A DNA stretch of 64,000 bases from Lama guanicoe (taxonomy: Eukaryota): NCBI GenBank assembly GCA_013239625.1, contig MU054049.1, positions 693,015 through 757,014 of the forward strand. The letters are read 5' to 3'. Numbering within the stretch: the first letter of the stretch is position 1; each line of letters starts with the position of its first letter. The position numbers and the translations under genes are program-made. Positions 51,500 to 62,400 of this stretch are shown piece by piece. The notes below the pieces were generated by a model that was given only the letters and a program-made list of their open reading frames with translations, did no database searches and was not told the origin of the DNA.

Positions 51500-51878
51500 C
51501 TAGGAGTTAATAAACTTTTTCTAAGGGGCAGATCATAAAACATATTTAAACTTTGCCTTATGGTCTCCATAGCAACTACTCAGCTCTGCCCTAGCAGGAT
51601 GAAATCAGCCATAAACAATACAGAAATGAATGGGTGTGGCTGTGTTTCAATAAAACTTTATTTACAAAACAGGTGGTGAGCCAGACTTGGCCTGTGAGCT
51701 TTTAAAGGGGAGTGGTAATTAGATTTATTTATGTATTCTAAAATTATTATTATTATTATTATTTTAGTGGAGGCACTGGGGATTGAACCCAGGACCTTGT
51801 GCATCCTAAGCATGCACTCTACCACTGAGCTATACCCTCCCCCTGGCCTGTGGGCTTCATGTAGTTTGCAACCCTCTG
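51500..51878. mobile_element. MER58A hAT-Charlie element split by a SINE
   Basis: GCAACTACTCAGCTCTGCC...AATGAATGGGTGTGGCTGTGTTTCAATAAAACTTTATTTACAAAA...GTAGTTTGC. Confidence 0.8.
51702..51843 (-). mobile_element. Camelid-type SINE nested in MER58A
   Basis: SINE body; TSD TGGCCTGTG(A/G)GCTT at 51688-51701 and 51844-51857. Confidence 0.92.
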
Positions 51879-52724
51879 TTAAGAAGACTTTCAGAGCACT
51901 GGGAAATTGTTTCCTCTTAAGTTGGGAAGTATTTGGCTTAGGGGAAAAAAAGTGAATTCCCATCTCTAAGAAGTGGGGATTCTATCCAAGACGTCCAGTT
52001 TCCACTTCTGGGTGACAGATTAGGGAAAAGCAGCTGCACAAACTGTCTGGACACTTGGCTCTCGGGAGAGGCACGCAGTGCCGGGGAGGGGTCAGTCCCT
52101 GACTCAGCGGGCTCTGAAGTCTGCCAGCGAGAGGCCGTTCTCCTGCACATTTGCTGTGCCTACTCCTCAGGGCGGGGGGCACGGGGGGCAGGGCCCTAGA
52201 GATGCCCGACCAGCCGGATTCCCCGGCTCCGGCCAATGGGCCTTCAGCTGCTGAGGACGTTGTTCGTGGAAGGAATGTGTCTGCAGCTCCAAATTCCCAC
52301 AGCGAAAGACAAGGGGCATCGTTGGGGAGAAATTCCTGGGCCACATTTTTCTTGCTGTTCATGTGGCCTGAAGCCATTGAACTTGGCCAGACTGCCCAGA
52401 GAGGGATTTTACAAAGCCCATTGTCCTTCCCGAGGTCTCACTCCCAGCCCTGCTCCCACCTGCTCTTTCTGTCTTTCTTTCCTCCCCCTCCCCCTCTCCC
52501 AGGAGAAATGCACCATGGGAAAGAGCAGGAGGCCATGGCCATGGCCCTGAGGGCTTTTGCTCCCTGTCCAGGGCTGACTGGCTGCCGAGACAGGGGCCTT
52601 CCTGGTGGCTCTGATGGCCTCAGAACTTTCCATGCACTACAGGGGTGGGAGGGAGGTGGTCTCAGCTGCTTACCAAGGAAGTCACCAAGTGGGATGCTTG
52701 CTTTAGTAATAAGGGCAACACATT

Positions 52725-52854
52725 TAAAAAAAATATTTTTTTATGAGGGTGGTAATTAGGTTTATTTATTATTTTTGGCAGAGGTACTGGGGATTGAACC
52801 CAGGACCTCGTGCATGCTAAGCACGCACCCTACCACTGAGCTATATCCTCCCCC
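52725..52854 (-). mobile_element. Camelid-type SINE
   Basis: GAGGTACTGGGGATTGAACCCAGGACCTCGTGCATGCTAAGCACGCACCCTACCACTGAGCTATATCCTCCCC; TSD AAG(G/A)GCAACACA. Confidence 0.9.
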
Positions 52855-53499
52855 AAGAGCAACACAAATTAAACATCTGCTCAATGCCAAGCATTGAGCT
52901 TTCTATATATATTAACTCAAACTCCACAAGAACCCTCCTATACCCCCATTGTACTGATGGGGAAACTGAGGAACAGAACTGCTAAGTGAGTTACCTGGGA
53001 TCCCACAGCTAGTAAGTGGAAGAGAGAGGGTTTGAACTCAGGGGTCTGGCTCCAGACTCCTTTTCAGTCTGTGTGATCCCCTCAGCTGGGCATTCCATTA
53101 GGGATACTGCCCTAACAGCGAGTCTCCACAGTGACAGCAAAAATCCAGTGGACAGTGCATTTGCATAGACAGGACCTGAGCACTTCTGAAGGCTCCCAGC
53201 ATCCCCACGTGCCACAGAAGACCCACTGCCCTGAGCCAGGCCCACCTGGTGTCTGGGCCGCTTTGCTGAGGACAAGGCACTGTGAACTGGGGACTAATTA
53301 GTCCTCCTTGCTGCTGTCACCATTGCTGCTGCAGCTGCTGACAGTGCAAGGGCGGGACCTCAGCCCTGCAGTGCATCTCCCTGAGTGAGTGTTTGCAACG
53401 TGCCAGCCCCCAGGATTGGCGATTTGCATACCTTATCTATCTTAGACATAACCACCCTGAGACTGAGTATAAACCCAGGCCACAGATAAGGAAATCTGC

Positions 53500-53900
53500 A
53501 CGTTAATCAGGTAATCAATGCTGGCTGCTGTAACGAAACAACCGCAAATCTCAGAGCCTTAACCCCATAAACACACATTCATTAGCGCTCAGGACACCAT
53601 CCTGAGTAGGTCAGCATGAAAAGGGGGAGGGAGGGGGGCTCTGCTCCAGGCAGTCACTAGGGGACTCAAGCTCCTTCGAGGACCTAAGTGTCCTCCCCTG
53701 GATCCTTTCCATCTGCTTGTCAAGGAGGGGAGAGGAAGATCTCAGGGGATTTCAGGGGCTGAGAGCAGCCTGCAGCCACACTCCCACCCACATTCCATTG
53801 TCCAGAGTTCAGTCACGTGACCCATCTTACTGCAGGGGGAGCCTGGAGAACTGTCTGCAAGGCCATAGGAAAGGGAAACAGGTTTGGCTGCCACCCTGGG
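53500..53900 (-). mobile_element. MLT1 (J/K-like) LTR
   Basis: GGCTGCTGTAACGAAACAACCGCAAATCTCAG...CACATTCCATTGTCCAGAGTTCAGTCACGTGAC. Confidence 0.6.
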
Positions 53901-55515
53901 GCTCAGAGGTGCTGTGAGGGGCAGCTGGGCTATCTGACGCCCAAGACTGCATTTTGCCTCTGTGCTTACTACCTTGGCTGCAAGTGATGCCAAAGCCGTC
54001 TGACTTGAATTCCGACTTCCATCATCTTGAAAGACCCTCAGTCCTTCAATGAGGCAGTGGATGGGGCCAGAGGTGCTGAAGGGCTGTGAGGCTTTACTGG
54101 GACACTAAGTGCCCAGCGGCCTTCCGTTTCTTCACAGAGCTGCAGCCAAGGCTGCTGGGCAGGGTCGGGGGGAGGTGGGACTGGGAGAATTTCAGCCCAG
54201 AGGAGAGAGGCGGGGATGGTAGAGTCCACAGAAAGGGGTTCAAGTCCTTGTGCTTGCTGCTGCCACCTAGTTGTGGAAGGAGAAAGCGCAGGGCAGCCCA
54301 GCTTCTCATTTCTGGTTCTGGTGGGCAACTGTCCAGGCCACTTTTGTCCCATCCTGATGCCTATCAAGTTTCTTAGCTGATGCTGGCCTTGGCCAAGTGT
54401 CTAAAGCGTAGATGCTAGGATGGGTGAGGTCCCTGTTCCCTGGGGTTTTGCTGTGGAAGCAACAACTCCTCCAGGGTGTTCTCCCCAGGCCTCAGCATTC
54501 CGTCTGTCTGGAGGGCTCCCTGCCTGGTAAGGCAGGGCCTCTGGGGTATGACTGTGGACTCCCTTATAGACCACTCCCACAGGGCGCCAGGCGGCCCCAG
54601 GATGGTCAGGGCATGGGGCGGGCCCCTCCCAAGCTGGCCATGGTGGCCGCCACGGGATTACAGCTGTGTAGGAAAGGGCTGCTGGGTGCCACAGTGATAC
54701 CCCATGGGGAGGGAGTGGGCGACCGAGTTTCTGCAGGGATACACAGCATCTCTGGCACATGACCTCCTGCGTGGGGAGAAGGCCCACAAGCTCCTTGTGT
54801 TCCATGCTGTCAGATCACACACACACACATACACAAAAACACACACACACACGATTTCTATGGAAAGCTGGCCTCAGATGGCCCCATCAGACCCAGTTCA
54901 GTATCTGGTAAGTCCCCACGACCATCATTTCTCACCCCCCTAGTTACTCAGTACCAGGCAGAGCTCACTAACCCCAGGGCCTTTATTTCCAGGGCCACTT
55001 CTCCCTCCCTGCAGCCAGGCCTTGGTACCTCCTCAACACCAAACCCTAAGAAGCATTTTTCCAACTGTGGACTCCAACTGAAGTCATGACGTCAACTCAG
55101 TGGGTCTTGGCCAATAAATATTTTGTAAAATGAGGCAGAATCTCCGAGAATAGAAAATGCCATTGGCCCTGCATACAGGAACAGTATGTTTCTGTGAGAC
55201 CCTTGCTCCCGTGTGTGCCTGGGCCCTCGGGTGGGATGGCGTGTCTACTTCTTGTTGTCAAAAAAGTGTGAAAACACTATGGTGGTTGGTGTATCCAGCT
55301 CATCTCATTCCTTCCAGAAAACTTGGGCTCTTTGTACCAATTAGTCGACACGTTTCTCTTCCTCTCCAACTCTCCCGACAGAGTCCCCGTCTGCTGCGGG
55401 CCAAAGAAAGGGCACAAAATCTCTGCCAAACCACTCAAAAATACAAAACACCCCCCCACCGCCCCACCCCCAGCCACGAGAGGTCCCGTTAAGCACTGAT
55501 CCCAGGACGCGGGCT

Positions 55516-55829
55516 GCTTACTGGCCTGGCATTTGCGTATCGAAGAGGGCCACTTAAGTGACCCTTCACAGAACAAAGAAGATCAGCCTCTCTCAATTTA
55601 AAAGAAAAGAAAACCCTCCTCGCAGCCGCACATTCTTTCAGTGGAGGCTCCCGCACGGCGGGCTGGACCGGCCGCACTTTGGTCTGACTCATCCGGTGGG
55701 TTGCTCGTTCCCTCTCCAGCATCATTCCTGAGACAGTTATTTCTGGAGCGCCTCTCTGTGCCAGACACGGGAAACCGAAGACCAGAGCCCCCTGTCCGAC
55801 GCCCCTTCTCTGCGTGCGTGCGTGCGTGC

Positions 55830-55860
<31 letters not shown>

Positions 55861-55900
55861 ATGAAGACGCCCGCTCCCCCTCCCTCTCCAAGCCCGTCCT
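55516..55900 (-). promoter_or_regulatory. Candidate promoter / non-coding first exon or enhancer
   Basis: Locally CpG-enriched unique sequence; AP-1 TGACTCA 55685-55691; TEAD CATTCC 55723-55728; donor CCA|GTAAGC (55521-55516); upstream (TGCG)n(TG)n. Confidence 0.45.
55811..55860. repeat. Compound (TGCG)n(TG)n microsatellite, Z-DNA prone
   Basis: 50 bp of uninterrupted purine-pyrimidine alternation. Confidence 0.95.
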
Positions 55901-56469
55901 CCCAGAGGGAGGCACCGCCCACTGCTGGTGCGTTCTGGCCCCACCTGCCCCAGCTCAACCCCAGCTCTCCAGGATGCCGGGATTCTCATCATGCTTGCCC
56001 TGGGGTGGGAGGGGCCCCTCACGCATATGAGCATCTATTAGGTTCCAGGCGCTGCTGTATTCTGCATCCTTGCCAAGGCCCATGAAGATCATTACGATCC
56101 CCATTCAATAAGGCTCAGGAGAGAGGTGACTTGGCAAGGCGTGCGCACGGCCGGGATGCAGCCAGTCCTTTCCTGGGATCTGGGACTCCTGAGGCTCTGT
56201 TCTTCCCGCTCAACCACAGGCAGCACTTGGAAGTGACCAGGTGGTGCCACAGGCGGAGCAGATGATGGGGCCATAGCTTGGGTAACAAGCCTCACAGATG
56301 GAAGGGCTGTGCAGGAAGGTGAGGGGCCCTCAGGGGGGAGGAGGGGAGGAAGGGAAGCCAGGACTTCCGGGTTTGGGGCCTTAAGAGTGTGGGCTGGATT
56401 CTCCAGGCCAATGAAAGTTGGTCCTGCTGCGAAGAGCCTGTGGCTCTGGACATTTCACCCATAATTGCA

Positions 56470-56812
56470 TGGCTGTACCAAATTTGCTAGGCTGCTGTAA
56501 CCAAGGACCACAAACTGGGCAGCTTACAACAACAGAAGCTGGTTCTCACAGGGCTCTGGAGGTCATAGTCGAACATGGAGGTGCTGGCAGGGCCAGGCTC
56601 CCTCAGAAGGCCCTAGGGCAGCCTCTGTTCCAGCCTCTCCACTGGTTCTGAGGTTGTGGGAATCCTTGGCCTTCCTTGTCTGGTAGCTGCATCACTCCAA
56701 TCTCTGTCTCCATCCTCACATGACCTGAACTAACTGCATCGGTAAAGAGCCTATTTCCAAACAAGGTTACAGTCCGAGGTTTCCAGTGGATGTGAATTTT
56801 GCGGGGACAACA
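56470..56812 (-). mobile_element. MLT1 (B/C-like) LTR
   Basis: GGCTGCTGTAACCAAGGACCACAAACTGGGCAGCTTACAACAACAGAA...CCTATTTCCAAACAAGGTTACA. Confidence 0.8.
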
Positions 56813-57175
56813 GTGACCTTCCTCCCTCCTTTCCCAGTCACAGCCTCCCCAGCTCTGCTTCCTCCAATGCAAGTCTGCAGAAAAGCTTTGGGGAAAGTTG
56901 TGCTCTGTGAACCCAGGAAGGTGTCACTGACCTTGAGAAAAACTGACAAATCTGGTGGGTTTTTTTTTTTTTTGCTGTTTTTTGTTTTGTTTTGTTTTAG
57001 TGCTTATAACACCAGTTTTTAACATTCTGGTATTCTAGAATAATGTGCTTTTAAAAACTGCAAAAAGTCAGGTATTTTTGTGATATATATTTTAAAAATT
57101 GGAATCATTTACACCTGGGATATGCTTCAATAGAAGTTTGGATGTGGTAAGAAAAACTTGTTTAGAAAGTGGTTT

Positions 57176-58660
57176 CTATCTTCAGCAAGTGGTGTTGGGA
57201 AAGTTGGATAAACACAGGTAAAACAGTGAAGTTAGAACACTCCCTCACACCATACACAAAACTAAACTCAAAATGACTTAAAGACATAAGACAAGACACG
57301 ATAAACCTCCTAGAAGAAAACAAGCAAAACGTTCTCTGGCATAAATCTTAGCAACGTTCTCCTGGGGCAGTCTACCCAGGCAATAGAAATAAAAGCAAAA
57401 ATAAGCAAATAGGACCTAATTAAACTTATAAGCTTTTGCACAGCAAAGGAAACCATAAGCAAAACAAAATGACAACCGATGGAATGGGAGGAAATATTTG
57501 CAAATGATGCAACTGACAAGGGCTTAATTTCTAAAACATACAAACAGCTCATACAACTTAATAACAAAAAACCAAAAAAACCCAACCCCTAAATGGGCAG
57601 AAGACCTAAACAAACAATTCTCCAGTGAAGACATACAAATGGCCAATAGGCATATGAAAAAAATGCTCAATATTGCTAATTATCAGAGAAATGCAAATCA
57701 AAACTATAATGAGGTAGCACCTCACACCAGTTAGAATGGCCATGATTCCAAAGTCCANNNNNNNNNNNNNNNNNNNNNNNNNNNNNNNNNNNNNNNNNNN
57801 NNNNNNNNNNNNNNNNNNNNNNNNNNNNNNNNNNNNNNNNNNNNNNNNNNNNNNNNNNNNNNNNNNNNNNNNNNNNNNNNNNNNNNNNNNNNNNNNNNNN
57901 NNNNNNNNNNNNNNNNNNNNNCTGGAGGGAGCTGTAATTCAAAAAGATACATGGACCCCAATGTTCATAGCAGCACTATTTACAATAGCCAGGATATGGA
58001 ATCAACCTAAATGTCCATTGACAGATGACTGGATAAAGAAAATGTGGTATATAGCTACAATGGAACACTACTCAGCCACAAAAAAGAATACAATAATGCC
58101 ATTTGCTGCAACATGGATGGACCTGGAGATCATCATCATCATTCTCAGTGAAGTAAGCCAGAAAGAGAAAGAAAAATACCATATGCTACCACTTATCTAT
58201 GGAATCTAAAAAAAAAAGACACAAATGAACTTATTTACAAAACAGAAACAGACTCACAGACATAGAAAACAAACTTATGGTTACTGGGGGAAGGGGTGGA
58301 AAGGATAAATTGGGAGTTTGAGATTTGCAGATACTAACTAAAATATATATAAAATAAACAAGTTTCTACTGTATCGCACAGGGAACTATGTTCAATATCT
58401 TGTAGTAACCTCTAACGAAAAAGAATATGAAATGAATATATGCATGAATATGACTGTAATATTATGCTGTACACCAGGAATTGACACATTGTAAACTGAC
58501 TATACTTCAATTAAAATCAAATAATCTTGTAGTAGCTCATGGCGAAAAAGAATATGAAAATGAATATATGTATATTCATGTACGACTGAAAAATTGTGGT
58601 GTACACCAGAAACTGACTATAACTCAATAAAAAAATTAATGAAAAATAAAATAAAATTAA
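57176..58660 (+). mobile_element. 5'-truncated lineage-specific L1 (ORF2 C-terminus + 3'UTR) with a second 3' tail
   Basis: ORF 57736-58209 (DTWTPMFIAALFTIARIWNQPKCP...WIKKMWYI) is L1 ORF2 C-terminal domain; 3'UTR end repeated at ~58520-58660. Confidence 0.92.
57758..57921. other. Assembly gap
   Basis: N run. Confidence 1.
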
Positions 58661-58953
58661 ATTAAATGAGTTACTACGTGTAAAGTGCTTAAAGGAAAAA
58701 AAAAAGTGGTACATGTTCTTCCATAATCCACAGCAGGGAATGGAACCAAGGTGCCTCTATTGAAACATTAAATCCTTACTCTGGTTCAAAGACATTCCAA
58801 ACCAGTGCCCTTCAGACACAACTAACTGCTCCCTGTGACCCAGCCACCGGACCCATGGGATCACCTACCCAGAAGAACACTGCCGAAGAGGAAGACAAAC
58901 TAGAAACAAAAAAACCTAGAGCTCATGATCAATTAAAAGATATAGCCCCCTGA

Positions 58954-59040
58954 GGGGAGGGTATAGCTTAGTGGTAGAGCGCATGATTAGCATGCACGAG
59001 GTCCTGGGTTCAATCCCCAGCACCGCCATTAAAAAAAAAA
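58954..59040 (+). mobile_element. Camelid-type SINE
   Basis: GGGGAGGGTATAGCTTAGTGGTAGAGCGCATGATTAGCATGCACGAGGTCCTGGGTTCAATCCCCAG + poly(A). Confidence 0.92.
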
Positions 59041-59837
59041 GTAGCCCCTGCCAACCACAAAAAAGGAGGTTAAAAAAAAAAAACCTAGAGAATTGAATAA
59101 GAAATAAGATTATCTGAAGATAAAGAACCCAAAGGATAAGTTTAAAATTTAGCTTGGAACAATTTCTCAAAAATATTACAGCACCTACAAAAAATGGACA
59201 CCAAAATATGTTCATGATTCAAAAAGAACATCAAACAGTATGATTTCATTTCAAGTGTTCATTATCATTAAAATTTTCTTTATTTTATAAAGCCTGGTTT
59301 GTTATTTTTGAAGAATATTTTATTAATTTCATCCACTAATATTTTTTATTAGAAGGGTAATAATTTTAATGTTTATATTTCATGGGTTTATCTTTTCCCT
59401 TGGTGCGTTTCATACATCCATAATTTTTATTTGAAATGTATAAAATATTTAGCTTCACTGAATTCACAAATTTTATGTATTCTGTACACCTTTTTGTGGA
59501 AAATATTGATAATGAATGCTGACGTTTTAGAAGTGCAGGGAATAAATAGCCACATACCTGTGAGTTATTTCACTCTGGCAACTGCAGTTGCTAACGTCTC
59601 ATCAATTAGCAACTGCTAACCATGTTCCAGGCACGTGCATAATGCTCTACATAGAGCTGCTTTAACTGAGTCCATTTTACAGATGAAGAGACCAAAGTTC
59701 AAAGGGTTATATGATTCACTCAGATCTCAGACTTGGGCAGAGGCTGAGCCAGAATGGAATCTCAGACAGTGTGATGGACCACCTCGCCCTTAACTACAAC
59801 CGCACAAGACAAATAACTGGGGGTGTCATTATCTACA

Positions 59838-60266
59838 CTAGGGCTCACAGACTGAGACCCTTATAGAGAGATCAGGCAGCTTAAGTTGAACAGAGAAAGC
59901 AGGAGGCGGGGGGGGGCAATAGGGAGTGGTGGGGATTCTGGCTAACTGGAGAACACTCTGGCTCTGTCAGAAAGGGGCAGCTATTACTGAGCTCCTGCTA
60001 AGTGCTTCTATGGAGAAGGCGGGCCCAAATTTACCCTCTAGAAATCTATATTATCTATGGGTAAAATCTTTCGCTTTTAAAATACTTAGCAGGGGGTATG
60101 TGGCTCAGTGGTAGAGTGTGTGCTTAGCACGTGCAAGGTCCTGGGTTCAATCCCCATTACTTCCATTAAAAAAAAAAAATTCATGAGCCAGACGAAATAT
60201 GTCTTGTGGGCCAGAATCAGCCCACGGGTAAATCAAGTCCTGGTTTGCAGCTCAGTTTGCAGCCTG
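59838..60266. mobile_element. MER102-like hAT-Charlie element with nested SINE (60092-60179, +)
   Basis: GAGTGGTGGGGATTCTGGCTAACTGGAGA...AAAGGGGCAGCTATTACT; SINE GGGGGTATGTGGCTCAGTGGTAGAG...poly(A). Confidence 0.65.
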
Positions 60267-61914
60267 AGAACTAGACTCAATTCTTGTCACCATTTGCCTC
60301 TCTCTAACCATCCCTTTAGCTCCCTTCTTGCTTTTGAGATGCTGCTTCTTCATTGATTTAATTTATTAAGCATCTTAAAGAGCCAGGCACCTGGCTCTGC
60401 ATCCTCCCTCAGGAGCGCAGGGTCCAGGGTTGGGTAGCACTGATGCTGTTCCGCTTGAGAGCATTGATTTGCATTTTAATATGCACACAAGCCCCTCAGG
60501 ACGTATTGCTATAACCCAGATTCCCTTTCAGTAGCTCCCACGTGATGCCAATGCGTGATGTGGTCCACGGACCACTTCTTGTGTAGGAAAGACCTAGACT
60601 AAAAGAATGGCCTCGTGTCTAAGAAAGTTCCTAAGCTGAAGGCGCCCCGTAGGAGGAGACTGTGTACCTGGGCGTGGCTTCCCAGAGGTGACCTGGGTCG
60701 TCCAACCCCCCACCCACTAATCCCCTGCCACATTCCTCCCCACATCCTAATTTATCTAAAGATTTAGTCTAGCTGAGATCACTCATGAAGAATGTTATCT
60801 CCATCTTTGTCCTGGGCTGGCACTCAGAAGATACCTCCTCCTGCACATCACCCTTTCCTATCCGGTGCGCCTATCTCTAGCTGAGGGATGTCTGTCTGCG
60901 CCTCTCCATGTCTTAAAGCTGCGGTGCCCAGCACCCACCTGGGCTCCTGTCGGCAGCCAAAGATGAGACCCCAGAGGGGGACTCGGCTGAATGGGACCCC
61001 AGACTCCACCTTGTACCAGTTACATGACTTGGGACAAGTTAGCCCTCTGGGCTTCAATTTCCACCCCTGTACAACAGGACTGTGAGGTCCACTCGCCCAG
61101 GTGTCAGGAAGTTTGAGCCAATACACTGTAAGGTGCCCTTCCCACTTCTCTTTCTAAATAGAAACTCAACAAATGACTTTAAGAATCTCCTGCTGTTCGT
61201 GTCCTGTGGAGAATGTTAAGATAGGGACCTCATTTCTATTGCTGTCCCAGGAACACGACCAGGTACTCTTGAAGGAATGAGCAGGTTTCACTGGTGAGTG
61301 GCCCTTTCAGTCTGTCAGCCGGCAAATGTGTACGCGTACCTGGTCTGGGTCAGGACATACAAGGGGCAGACATACAGGACAGGGGCAGGTGGGTGGCAGT
61401 CACAGGGGCAGGGGACCGCCACACACAGGTGTCCGCAAACTCAGGAAATATCAAGTAAGCTGTTAAATGGTGCATTTGCCAAATTTCAAATAATACTCTC
61501 AATGTTTTCCAGGTGCAACACCTCTAAGAAACAAGGGGCCCAACTGTCAATCAATAAATAAACCACAGAAAGGCCAGAAGGTCACAAAATGCAGAGAAAG
61601 TGCTGGATTTGCTACACTTTTTAATTATAAACAACTGGGCCCATTGAATTAGATCTACGGGCATTTTATCTGAAAAGGTGTCTGGAGGTTGTAGAAAAAC
61701 ATATTGAACACAGTATTTGAAAGGTTACTGATCATTCTTTAAAAATAAGTTTATCATTTGCTTCTCAATTTTGCAGACACCTCGAATAATACTTGCCAAA
61801 TTTTATTGAGTACTTAACACAGGCCAGGTATTATCTTAACATACAGGTGCATCATAACATAACACAAAAACATTATGAGATATGGACTTCTTTTAATGGT
61901 CAATTCATTTTAAA

Positions 61915-62204
61915 AAATTTTTTTAATTAATTAATATATTTTCATTGAAGTATAGTCAGTTCACAATGTTGGGTCAGTTTCTTGGTGTACAGCGAGGTAT
62001 GTACTTAAAAAAAAAAACCTTTTTCTTTGGAAATAATTCTAGATTCACAGGAAGTTGCAAAAAACCGTACAGCGAGTTCCCAGGTACCCCGCACGCAGCC
62101 TCCCCCAATATTAACATCTAACTACAGGACAATATAAAAATCAGGAAACTGACCTTGGTACAATCCACAGAGCTGATTCAGATTTCCCCAGTTATACATG
62201 GACT

Positions 62205-62252
<48 letters not shown>

Positions 62253-62400
62253 GAGCGGGGGGCGGTCTATATAAGTTTTATCACATTGCAGCTATATAAA
62301 CTATCACCACCATCGAGATACTTAATGGTATCATCAGAATAAGGCTCCTCTGTCCCCCTTTACAATCACATCCAATTCCTTCATCCTCATCCCTAACCCA
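61915..62400 (-). mobile_element. Short young L1 tail (~61915-61993) plus old L1M 3' fragment containing (TG)n (62207-62249)
   Basis: TTGAAGTATAGTCAGTTCACAATGTT; TTCTAGATTCACAGGAAGTTGCAAAAA L1M 3' motif; TG run. Confidence 0.75.

Noticed and set aside
58954-59030. tRNA-like sequences (also 14612, 24509, 51702, 52725, 60092)
   Set aside because: They have A/B boxes but also A-rich tails, TSDs in several copies and multiple diverged copies, so they are SINEs, not tRNA genes.
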